The translations under genes were made by a program, and so were the position numbers. The notes under the pieces are model-generated. The model saw only the letters and a list, made by a program, of their open reading frames with translations, had not been told where the DNA came from and made no database searches. From an uncultured bacterium (GTDB lineage: Bacteria; Bacteroidota; Rhodothermia; Rhodothermales; DASSAV01), in the NCBI GenBank assembly GCA_966250015.1, contig CBINFS010000015.1, positions 6,608 to 70,607 of the forward strand: 64,000 bases of DNA. The letters run 5' to 3'. Positions 56,407 to 64,000 of this stretch are shown here, one piece after another. Each line of letters starts with the position of its first letter. Within the stretch, counting starts at the first letter, position 1.

Positions 56407-56432
56407 CCAGTTATTGCGACGATACTGGTTTT
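56407..56432 (+). terminator. Possible intrinsic terminator
   Basis: CCAGTTAT-tgcgacg-ATACTGG followed by TTTT. Confidence 0.3.
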
Positions 56433-56473
56433 GAGAACGTCGTAAGCTTTCCTTTCCATCGAATTGTTCACCT

Positions 56474-57601
56474 GTGCCCCAACGTCTACGTACACTGCTC
56501 GCTCAGGTAGGAAGCCTGGCCCTCGCCGGTATCCTGCTGTACCTCGCGCTCCGTGGCGTAGACTTTTCGGCTGTTGGTGACGCCCTGAAAAGTGCAAATT
56601 ATACCTGGCTGTTGCCCCTCATCGGGATCGTGATCCTGAGCGTCTACATCCGGGCAATCCGCTGGAAAATCCTGCTCGACGCCATTCCGGAACAGGAGGA
56701 TGAGGTACACAACGTTTCCGTAAAAACGGCCTTCTATTCCCTCCTGATCGGGTACATGGTCAACTATGCGGCGCCGCGCCTGGGTGAGGTGGCTCGTTCG
56801 ACCAATGTGGCGAGGCAGGAAAAAGTCCGGTTCGCCAGTGTTTTTGGGACCGTGGTCGTCGAGCGAATACTCGACGTGGTGGTCCTGGCAGCCGCGTTGT
56901 TGAGCGTCGCCTTTTTGCTTTCCGACCGGTTAACCACCCTGAACGATCTATTTATTGAGCCCATCGTCAGGCAGGTTGGAGAGCTTCCGGCAGTCGCCAT
57001 TCTTCTCCTCACGGTGTTGACGGCGCTGGGCGTCCTGTTCATTTATCGCAGGATATTGATCGAGGATTCGCTGATCCAGCGCATCTGGATGCGGCACGTG
57101 CAACCAGTATTCGTATCGTTTAAGAACGGGCTGCTCTCGCTACTCAAAATTCGCCGCCCCGTACTCCTGATCGTGACGACAGTGGCCATGTGGTTCTGCT
57201 ACCTGCTGATGGCCTACCTTCCTCTCTTGATGCTCGGCCTGGTTGATGACTATTCCTTGTCGCTCACTGACGCATGGGGCATCATGACCCTTGGCGCGCT
57301 GGGCATTGCCGTCCCCTCGCCGGGTGGAATCGGCTCGTACCATTTTATCACGATCCAGACGCTGCAACACCTTTACGGAACGCCGGCCGAACCCGCCGCA
57401 ACGTATGCCGTGTTGACCCACGCCGCACAGCTCGTGCTCTATACGGCGTCCGGATTTATCGCTCTTATGCTTCAGGGGCTCGGGCTCAAATCAATCAGCA
57501 CGGTCGTACCGATCGATGGGCGAGGAAACGTTGAGGACGAATCAACGGATACGGACAGCTCCCACGCCCCACCGATGGAGCGCACGCAAAGTGACAGTTA
57601 A
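56474..57601 (+). CDS. Lysylphosphatidylglycerol synthase TM-domain / UPF0104 flippase-like membrane protein
   Basis: RAIRWKILL, GYMVNYAAPRLGEVAR, VVERILD and PSPGGIGSYH; GTG start. Confidence 0.88.
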   Translation: MPQRLRTLLAQVGSLALAGILLYLALRGVDFSAVGDALKSANYTWLLPLIGIVILSVYIRAIRWKILLDAIPEQEDEVHNVSVKTAFYSLLIGYMVNYAAPRLGEVARSTNVARQEKVRFASVFGTVVVERILDVVVLAAALLSVAFLLSDRLTTLNDLFIEPIVRQVGELPAVAILLLTVLTALGVLFIYRRILIEDSLIQRIWMRHVQPVFVSFKNGLLSLLKIRRPVLLIVTTVAMWFCYLLMAYLPLLMLGLVDDYSLSLTDAWGIMTLGALGIAVPSPGGIGSYHFITIQTLQHLYGTPAEPAATYAVLTHAAQLVLYTASGFIALMLQGLGLKSISTVVPIDGRGNVEDESTDTDSSHAPPMERTQSDS

Positions 57602-57837
57602 CAACAGGTTACAGCAATCAGTGCTCATTCCCGCCGGGTGCAGCTCTTTTCGAGCACGACCGATCAACCCGGTATTCGGACCACTCAGCACCGGTTCTCA
57701 ACTATTCAGCGACTTTCTTTTGTTTGGCTTCCGACAGATTCGTACCGTTCTTGTAGCCGTATAGAACAGCGGGAGGGTCATGATCCTGGCTGATCTAGGT
57801 GTTGCAAGTTGTTCACAGAATCAACTCGGAGCCGATC

Positions 57838-58095
57838 ATGCAAATTCAACTTGAGTGTGCAACCTCCAATCCGCTTTCAGAGCTGATCAGTGACGATCTG
57901 TACGCGCTTCTTGAAGAGCAGAACCTGCTGAACGAGAAGGGCATTCGCGATTACCAGATACGGAAACAGTTCCGTATGCTCAGGGCTCAGGACGTCCCGG
58001 CCTTTGATGCCATCGAGATTCTTCGCGAGAACTATCCTTATCTCCAGTTCGACACGATCCGCAAAATCGTCTACAAGGTAAACGGAAAAAGCTGA
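57838..58095 (+). CDS. Small conserved-looking hypothetical protein, possible HTH/Mor-like
   Basis: NPLSELISDDLYALL...IRDYQIRKQF...YPYLQFDTIRKIVY; start set at 57838. Confidence 0.7.
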   Translation: MQIQLECATSNPLSELISDDLYALLEEQNLLNEKGIRDYQIRKQFRMLRAQDVPAFDAIEILRENYPYLQFDTIRKIVYKVNGKS

Positions 58096-58146
58096 GGTAG
58101 TTGCCTTCTTCCAACACTTCTAACGTCCGCGCCTGTTGGCAAGTCA

Positions 58147-58935
58147 TCACTTGCTACGGTCGAACCGCACCTTGGCCGTAGCCCACAGCAGGATTCCGGC
58201 TGCGACGGAGGCATTCAAAGATTCAATAGGGCCTACGAGAGGGATAAATACGCGGTAATCACACGCATTTTCGACCCGTGGGCGTAGCCCCTTCCCTTCA
58301 TTCCCGATCACGATTACCAACGGCCGATCCAGATCCAGCTCCACTATGGAGGTCGTCCCACTTCCCGTGGCCGCCACGATCCAGTATCCACGTTCTTTAA
58401 GCTGTTCGATCGCGTCAGTCAGGTTAGTTACTCTCGCGATCGGGATTCTTAGCGCTGCACCGGCACTTGCCTTTATGGCCACCGCATTGAGCGGCGCCAT
58501 GTGATGCTTCGGGACAACGACCCCCTGGACGCCGAAAGCAACCGCACTCCGTAGAATCGCGCCGAAATTGTGCGGATCCTCAATCTGATCGAGCATGAGC
58601 AGAACGGGTTTCGTTGATCGAACGGCATCGAGGTCGGGCGCGATGGCGTTTAGCATGTCCTCGAGCTCGAGGTAGGAAACCGGCGTTGTGATGGCGACGA
58701 CGCCCTGGTGATTGGCGTTTCCCGCCAGCTGACTCAACCGCGTCTGCGGGACGAATTGAACGGGAATGCCACTTGCCCTCGCAACACGTTGAATTTGTTC
58801 GATCGGCCGACCACCGACTCCCTGCTGGATCAACACTTTTTCGATCGACGCGTCTCCCCGTTCGATGGCCTCGCGCACCGGATTCCTGCCAAAAATGAAG
58901 GCATCCCCTTCCAAACTTTCCTTTCCGGGCGCCAT
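58147..58935 (-). CDS. rlmB: 23S rRNA (Gm2251) 2'-O-methyltransferase RlmB (SpoU family)
   Basis: FGRNPVREA, HQGVVA, DPHNFGAILRS, GNEGKG and ESLNASVA. Confidence 0.93.
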   Translation of the reverse strand: MAPGKESLEGDAFIFGRNPVREAIERGDASIEKVLIQQGVGGRPIEQIQRVARASGIPVQFVPQTRLSQLAGNANHQGVVAITTPVSYLELEDMLNAIAPDLDAVRSTKPVLLMLDQIEDPHNFGAILRSAVAFGVQGVVVPKHHMAPLNAVAIKASAGAALRIPIARVTNLTDAIEQLKERGYWIVAATGSGTTSIVELDLDRPLVIVIGNEGKGLRPRVENACDYRVFIPLVGPIESLNASVAAGILLWATAKVRFDRSK

Positions 58936-60336
58936 TTAACCACCTCCACGAGATGCCAATAGATCACGAGCGACGCCGGAGATACGTTCGTGCAGATGGT
59001 CGACGTAAAGCTCGTGCTCAGGTTTCATCAGCACACTTCGCAGGATCCGGACGGGCGATCGATCCACCTCGAGGCCGGGCAGAATCGGCGCGAGCCTCTC
59101 ACCGGCAACCCGCAGCACACTCAGAAAAATGGGGTCCTGCTCATCAGACATCGCCTTCTCAAAGAGAAGCCCGCTCAGTTCATCAACGGTCGAAGATCTG
59201 GCGTTTTCGAGACGCGGGACGAACGTCAGAATGTCGAGATCCGGCCTTAGGTAGAGTGCGAGCTCTGTGGATTCCTCGATTCGCATCGCCCAGTTCGCCG
59301 CGGCACGAAGCCCGGCGCCAAGCACCAGCCCGAGGCCATCATCCGGCTTCAAGGGAAGTAGTTGCAAAGTGAACCACAATGCTCCCGCCGAGGCGCCCGC
59401 ACGCGAGCATTCGAGGCTGATCTCACCGAGGTGAAGCTCGTCTGACGTGAAGTACGTGTAGGGCGAATCGTGCTTGTAAAACCTTCCGACTTCGGGATCG
59501 CTAAAGAGTACACAACCGCACCCATATGGCTGCAACCCGTGCTTGTGTGGATCGACTACCACCGAATCACAGTGCCTGATCGCTTTCAGGTCGTTTCGAA
59601 CCGATTCCGAAAGCAACGGAGATTCACCCCACGCCAGAAGGGAGAAGAATCCTCCGTATGCGGCATCGACGTGCAGGCGGAAGCCGTACCGATCCCGCAG
59701 GGTAAGCACGTCCGAAATGGGGTCCATTATGCCCGGTCCGGTGGTCCCTGCGGTCAGGACTACCGTCCCCACGTCTCGAGTCCGAAGCGTGTCTTCGAGG
59801 TGATCCAGACTCATGCGGCCGTGGGAGTCCGTAGGGATCGTCGCCGTCTGGACTCGCAAAACTTCCGACATCCGGCTGTGCGTGTAGTGCGCGTCTTCGT
59901 TGAACACGATCAGCTTGTCAGGTGCCAGATGCCGCGACACCCAGAGCGCTTCCAGGTTGGCAATCGTCCCGCTGCTCGTCAAGTGGCCCAGGACGGGTTG
60001 CGGCAAATGAAACATGGCCGCGAGGTCATTGACAACCTCCTTCTCCATTGCGGCAGTCGCCGGCCCCCCGTCCAGCGCGTGGTTGTTGGGGTTGATCAAC
60101 ATTGCCGCCACGTAGGCGGTTATCGCCGCCGGATGTGGCGGCTTCAGCATCTGACCGGCATACCGGGGATGGAAAAACGGATAGTTGTTCCGCAATCGGG
60201 AGGTGTACTGCTCAAGTGCCCTGGCGAACAGCGCCTCGTCGACGTCCAGGGAGAAATGGCGTTTGTACTCACCCCAGGACGACTCCCATTCGCTGATCGC
60301 ACCGATGGCCTGTTCCAAATACCGTAAAAGATCCAT
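58936..60336 (-). CDS. PLP-dependent group II decarboxylase family protein
   Basis: [27 protein letters not shown] and DPHKHG (PLP lysine). Confidence 0.88.
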   Translation of the reverse strand: MDLLRYLEQAIGAISEWESSWGEYKRHFSLDVDEALFARALEQYTSRLRNNYPFFHPRYAGQMLKPPHPAAITAYVAAMLINPNNHALDGGPATAAMEKEVVNDLAAMFHLPQPVLGHLTSSGTIANLEALWVSRHLAPDKLIVFNEDAHYTHSRMSEVLRVQTATIPTDSHGRMSLDHLEDTLRTRDVGTVVLTAGTTGPGIMDPISDVLTLRDRYGFRLHVDAAYGGFFSLLAWGESPLLSESVRNDLKAIRHCDSVVVDPHKHGLQPYGCGCVLFSDPEVGRFYKHDSPYTYFTSDELHLGEISLECSRAGASAGALWFTLQLLPLKPDDGLGLVLGAGLRAAANWAMRIEESTELALYLRPDLDILTFVPRLENARSSTVDELSGLLFEKAMSDEQDPIFLSVLRVAGERLAPILPGLEVDRSPVRILRSVLMKPEHELYVDHLHERISGVARDLLASRGGG

Positions 60337-60362
60337 CCGGATAGTGTGATACCTGGCGGCCG

Positions 60363-61310
60363 CTAAACAGAAGGAACGACGGTCTTGCCCTCACTCTTAA
60401 CCTTTACGCCGGAGTCCTTCCTTTTACGGGTAGTAAGTATCAGGCCGACGCCTCCTGCCAGCACGATCAATACCGAGATCACCTCGGCCTGCGTCACTTC
60501 CATCCCGAGGAAGTCAAACACGTTGTTGACACGAATCTTTTCGATCAGAAAGCGCTCGATCCCGGCGAAAATCAGGTAGAGCGAGAAGAGCCAGCCCGGT
60601 CGGAAGGGATGTTTGCGTACCGCCCAGAGGATGCCAAACAGGATGGCCGCCATACCAAGCTCATATAGCGGTGTTGGATACACCCCGGGAGCCGGGATGT
60701 CCATGTTCAGGATGTTGTTCGGATACGTTTCCGCCCACAGCCAGGTCGGAATCCAGTCGGGTTTAAGCTGAAGGTTGCTCGCGATCCCCCAGTCCCCGTC
60801 GCCGGCGAGGTGGCATCCGATCCGCCCGATTCCATACGCGATCATCAATCCCGGCGCAACGGCATCCGCAAACGTCCACACGTGCAGCCCCTTTTTCCGT
60901 ACGTACCACGCGAGGGCGGCTGCCGCGATCAGTAAGCCTCCGTAGAACGTGAACCCTCCGGAAGAAAATATCATTCCGAAAGGATCGCGCGCAAAGTCTG
61001 GCAAATTTTCGAGGATGTGGAAGAGTTTTGCACCGGCAAATCCTGCCGCCAACGCCAGGATGGTAATGGTGCCCACCAGCACGGCCGGGCTCTGCTCCTT
61101 CGACGCTTCACGGCGTTTTTTCTCTCTGGGCTGGGGCTGCTCATGTATCCCGGGGAACCGGCCGGCTGCGTAAAGCCGATCCATCTCCAGGCGTAGAAGC
61201 CACGCTGCCGTCAAAACGGCAATCGCCACCATGGCCCCGAAAGAATAGATCGGGAAGGGCAGCTCGAAACCGAAAAGGTCAAGAAATATGTCGCTTAAGC
61301 GTGGATACAT
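60363..61310 (-). CDS. lgt: Prolipoprotein diacylglyceryl transferase
   Basis: GFTFYGG, GRIGCHLAGD, YPTPLYE and RFLIEKIR. Confidence 0.92.
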   Translation of the reverse strand: MYPRLSDIFLDLFGFELPFPIYSFGAMVAIAVLTAAWLLRLEMDRLYAAGRFPGIHEQPQPREKKRREASKEQSPAVLVGTITILALAAGFAGAKLFHILENLPDFARDPFGMIFSSGGFTFYGGLLIAAAALAWYVRKKGLHVWTFADAVAPGLMIAYGIGRIGCHLAGDGDWGIASNLQLKPDWIPTWLWAETYPNNILNMDIPAPGVYPTPLYELGMAAILFGILWAVRKHPFRPGWLFSLYLIFAGIERFLIEKIRVNNVFDFLGMEVTQAEVISVLIVLAGGVGLILTTRKRKDSGVKVKSEGKTVVPSV

Positions 61311-61320
61311 GGAAGCCGAA

Positions 61321-62640
61321 CTAGTTTTCTGAAGCGATCATCGCCTCTCGTTCCGCCCGAATAGTCCGGAGCAAGTCGCTGAAGGGTACGTTTTTCTGTT
61401 CGCCCGCTTGCATGTTCTTCACCTGGGCTTCACCGGCCGCAAGCTCGTCCTGGCCGACGATGACGGCGAACCGCGCATTCTGACGGTTAGCTTCACGCAT
61501 CTGGGCCTTCATCGAACGCCCTTTCAGATCGATTACAGCAATCAACCCCTCATTGCGAAACGCGTTTGCCATCTTGACCGCCCACCTTTCCGCTTCTTCC
61601 CCAAGTGCCACGAAAAAAACGTCCGGATTGGGTGAAGCCGAAAACGATTTGTCCTGCGCGGCCATCGCAAGGAACAGGCGCTCCATGCCGGCCGCAAACC
61701 CGACTGCCGGCACCTCCTCCTCACTACCAATCTCTTTTGCAAGTAAATCGTACCTTCCACCACCCGCCAGCGCACTCTGAGCGCCCAGATCCGGGCTTTC
61801 GAGCTCAAAAGCCGTGCGGGTGTAATAATCCAACCCCCGGACGAGATACGGATCCTCCTCGAAGGTCACGCCGAGGTCGCCGAGCAGCATCTTGACCTGC
61901 TCGTAGTGACGCCGGCTCTCGTCGTCGATGAAGTCCGTAAGTACCGGCGCACCTTCCAAAAGTCGTCTCTCCTTCTCGTCCTTGGTATCGAGGATTCGGA
62001 GGGGGTTCGTCCGCAATCGTTGCCTGCTGACTTCCGACAATTCCCCGGCATACGGTTCCAGGTATGCCCGCAATGCTTCACGGTAGCGGGGACGGCTCTC
62101 CGCATCGCCTAGTGTGTTCAGGCGCAGGCGTGTATCCGCTAAACCGAACGACCGGTAAACCGCCATCATAGCGGCAATGACCTCTGCATCGGCCCGGGGA
62201 TCCGGCGATCCTATGACCTCGCACCCGAACTGGTGAAACTGACGGTACCGGCCTTTTTGCGGACGCTCAGCCCGAAAGCAAGGCCCAATGTAGAACAATC
62301 GCTGGGGCCCGCCTTTCTGATCCAGGTGATGCTCGAGGTAAGCACGCATGACAGGCGCAGTGATCTCCGGCCGCAACACGTAGTTCGTGTCCCCCCGTTC
62401 AAAGGCAAACATCTCCTTGGACACGATGTCGGTCAGCTGCCCGATCCCCCTGGCGATCAATTCGGTCGGCTCCAAAATGGGCGTCCGGATCTCCTTCATT
62501 CCGAACCGCTGAAAGGTCTCTCGCAGCTTCGATTCGACGAAGCACCAGTCCGAGCTTCCGAATATCGTGGTACCTTCAGCAACGTATTTGTCCGGTAAAA
62601 TATCGAAGGTACCCTTGATGCTCTGAAATGCAGTTTTCAC
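61321..62640 (-). CDS. hisS: Histidine--tRNA ligase
   Basis: KGTFD, LRPEITA, FRAERPQKGRYRQFHQ, VRGLDYY and GGRYD. Confidence 0.97.
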   Translation of the reverse strand: MKTAFQSIKGTFDILPDKYVAEGTTIFGSSDWCFVESKLRETFQRFGMKEIRTPILEPTELIARGIGQLTDIVSKEMFAFERGDTNYVLRPEITAPVMRAYLEHHLDQKGGPQRLFYIGPCFRAERPQKGRYRQFHQFGCEVIGSPDPRADAEVIAAMMAVYRSFGLADTRLRLNTLGDAESRPRYREALRAYLEPYAGELSEVSRQRLRTNPLRILDTKDEKERRLLEGAPVLTDFIDDESRRHYEQVKMLLGDLGVTFEEDPYLVRGLDYYTRTAFELESPDLGAQSALAGGGRYDLLAKEIGSEEEVPAVGFAAGMERLFLAMAAQDKSFSASPNPDVFFVALGEEAERWAVKMANAFRNEGLIAVIDLKGRSMKAQMREANRQNARFAVIVGQDELAAGEAQVKNMQAGEQKNVPFSDLLRTIRAEREAMIASEN

Positions 62641-62703
62641 AAAAACAAGAGATAAAAGAGATGCGCTACTCAGACCAAATTTTGGGGTCGATCAACGGTT
62701 TGG

Positions 62704-63192
62704 TTACTGTTCGAGGAGCTCCGATTCGCCCTCTTCAAATATGCTGATCACCTGCTCTGGAGTCTCCGCTTTGAGCAGCCGCTCTCGGAATGAATCCCGA
62801 TTCATCAGGCGCGAAATCCGGCTGAGCAACTTGATGTGCAGGGATTTGGCAGACTCCGTTCCCACCAGAAGAAAGACGAGCTGAACGGGCTTGTTATCGA
62901 TCGAACCGAAATCGATCGGTTCAGCCAGCACGGCAAACGCTGCCACGGTGTCGTTAATCGCCGTCGTTTTGGCGTGCGGTAAGGCAAGCCCTTTGCCTAC
63001 GCCCGTCGACATGACCTTCTCTCGCTCCATCACCGCAGCACGAACGGCATCGAGGTCTTGCACCGCCGGGTGATCCTTTAACAGATCAACCAGACCGTCA
63101 ATCACTTCCTGCTTGTCCTTCCCCTTTAACCCGACGCTGATCGTTCTGGGCGATAGAAGCTGGTAAATATCCGTCACACTTGTTGTCTGCAT
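62704..63192 (-). CDS. PTS IIA domain protein (Fru/Ntr type)
   Basis: REKVMSTGVGKGLALPHAK (phospho-His) and DNKPVQLVFLL; start set at MQTTSV. Confidence 0.9.
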   Translation of the reverse strand: MQTTSVTDIYQLLSPRTISVGLKGKDKQEVIDGLVDLLKDHPAVQDLDAVRAAVMEREKVMSTGVGKGLALPHAKTTAINDTVAAFAVLAEPIDFGSIDNKPVQLVFLLVGTESAKSLHIKLLSRISRLMNRDSFRERLLKAETPEQVISIFEEGESELLEQ

Positions 63193-63385
63193 AGGTTTTG
63201 CGTATTGACCACTCCGGACAAGCCGCGCACAAAATTGCCCGTGAGGGCACATACGCAGACTCTACGTCCTTGTTCGCGGTCACATTACAGGTGTACGAGT
63301 ATAGATCATCGTAATATACTGGTTTCGGACATGAACCTCACCTCGTCAGACCGGACTAGTTCCGAGATTCAAACAAAACGTAAGC

Positions 63386-64000
63386 TCATGCGCCCTTTCT
63401 TCCCTCAACATCACGCAAACGCTCCACCACGTAGCGCATGTCTTCGGGAAAATCGGCCTCGAAGAACATTTCAGAACCGGTGTGCGGATGAATGAAACCA
63501 AGCTCAAAGGCGTGAAGAGCCTGTCGTTTGAGCACGTCGAACAGGTTGTGATAAAAGGCCTTTCGACTGGCCGTATGGGGACCCGTTCGAATCGACCTCC
63601 CGTCGTATACCGGATCGCCGAGGAGCGGGTGGCCGATGTGTTGGGCATGAACCCGTATCTGGTGCGTCCTGCCGGTCTCCAGCTTGAAGCCCACGACCGC
63701 CGTGTACGTAAAGGCCTCTTCCACCTTGTAGTGCGTCACGGCGTGTTTGCCGGCGGATTCCGGCACCACGGCCATACGCTTTCTATTCCTTGGGTCGCGA
63801 CCGATGGCGCTTTCTATCCGTCCTTCAGGAGGATCCGGCACGCCCCACGTGATGGCTCGGTACCGGCGACGGATCGTCCGGCGTTCGAACTGTGAGGCCA
63901 GCTTGCGATGAGTCACGTCGTCCTTCGCAATGACCATCAGGCCAGAGGTATCCTTGTCAAGGCGATGAACGATCCCGGGCCGGATGGACGGATCGCCCGG
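63386..64000 (-). CDS. RluA-family pseudouridine synthase (RluD-like), 5' end beyond window
   Basis: RPGIVHRLDKDTSGLMV read manually at the right edge; GRTHQIRVH and RQALHA. Confidence 0.93.
   Translation of the reverse strand, partial: PGDPSIRPGIVHRLDKDTSGLMVIAKDDVTHRKLASQFERRTIRRRYRAITWGVPDPPEGRIESAIGRDPRNRKRMAVVPESAGKHAVTHYKVEEAFTYTAVVGFKLETGRTHQIRVHAQHIGHPLLGDPVYDGRSIRTGPHTASRKAFYHNLFDVLKRQALHAFELGFIHPHTGSEMFFEADFPEDMRYVVERLRDVEGRKGA

Noticed and set aside
59470-60327. 285-aa antisense ORF opposite the PLP decarboxylase
   Set aside because: Shadow ORF
62704-63192. PTS IIA as the transporter for the polyol clusters
   Set aside because: It is 45-50 kb away in a housekeeping run with hisS and has no IIB/IIC partner; a regulatory Ntr-like role is more likely
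1-64000. CRISPR arrays, tRNA/rRNA genes, transposases, integrases
   Set aside because: None recognised on manual reading; tRNAscan-SE, barrnap, CRISPRCasFinder and ISEScan would be needed to exclude them formally

Overview
A gene-dense, GC-rich bacterial chromosomal segment. The gene set suggests a Rhodothermota/Bacteroidota-like organism (inference only). I saw no rRNA, tRNA, CRISPR array or transposase. Left third: two uncharacterised carbohydrate catabolic clusters. Cluster 1 (1-11841) has a PfkB kinase fragment missed by the ORF track, a SorE/YggP-like reductase, a PHP protein, an aldolase-like/SrlD-like SDR fusion, a DeoR regulator, a dedicated E2 plus fused E1alpha/beta dehydrogenase, and an MtlD-like dehydrogenase. 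Cluster 2 (13728-18875) has an HPS/KGPDC-family enzyme, Zn-ADH, DUF1080, UlaG-like MBL, SDR and TIM-barrel isomerase. Between them sits a small AT-rich islet with a promoter-hairpin-U7 sRNA candidate and a phage-like orphan gene. Centre: the most unusual locus, a co-oriented ppk1 / Omp85 / DUF5706 / sixA operon. Its PPK1 carries a cNMP-binding-fold tail, and its Omp85 lipoprotein carries a degenerate metallophosphoesterase plus an atypical-kinase-like domain. An Asp-to-Glu pseudo-receiver lies upstream. The rest is mostly housekeeping: ppc, purS, pssA/psd, mtaB, two different clpS, hemY, xylB, metG, hisB-proC-hisHAF, thpR, lolA, rlmB, lgt, hisS, PTS IIA and an RluA-family synthase. A rod-like ncRNA candidate (6S-like) follows lolA. 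All family assignments come from motif recognition by eye; no database searches were run.
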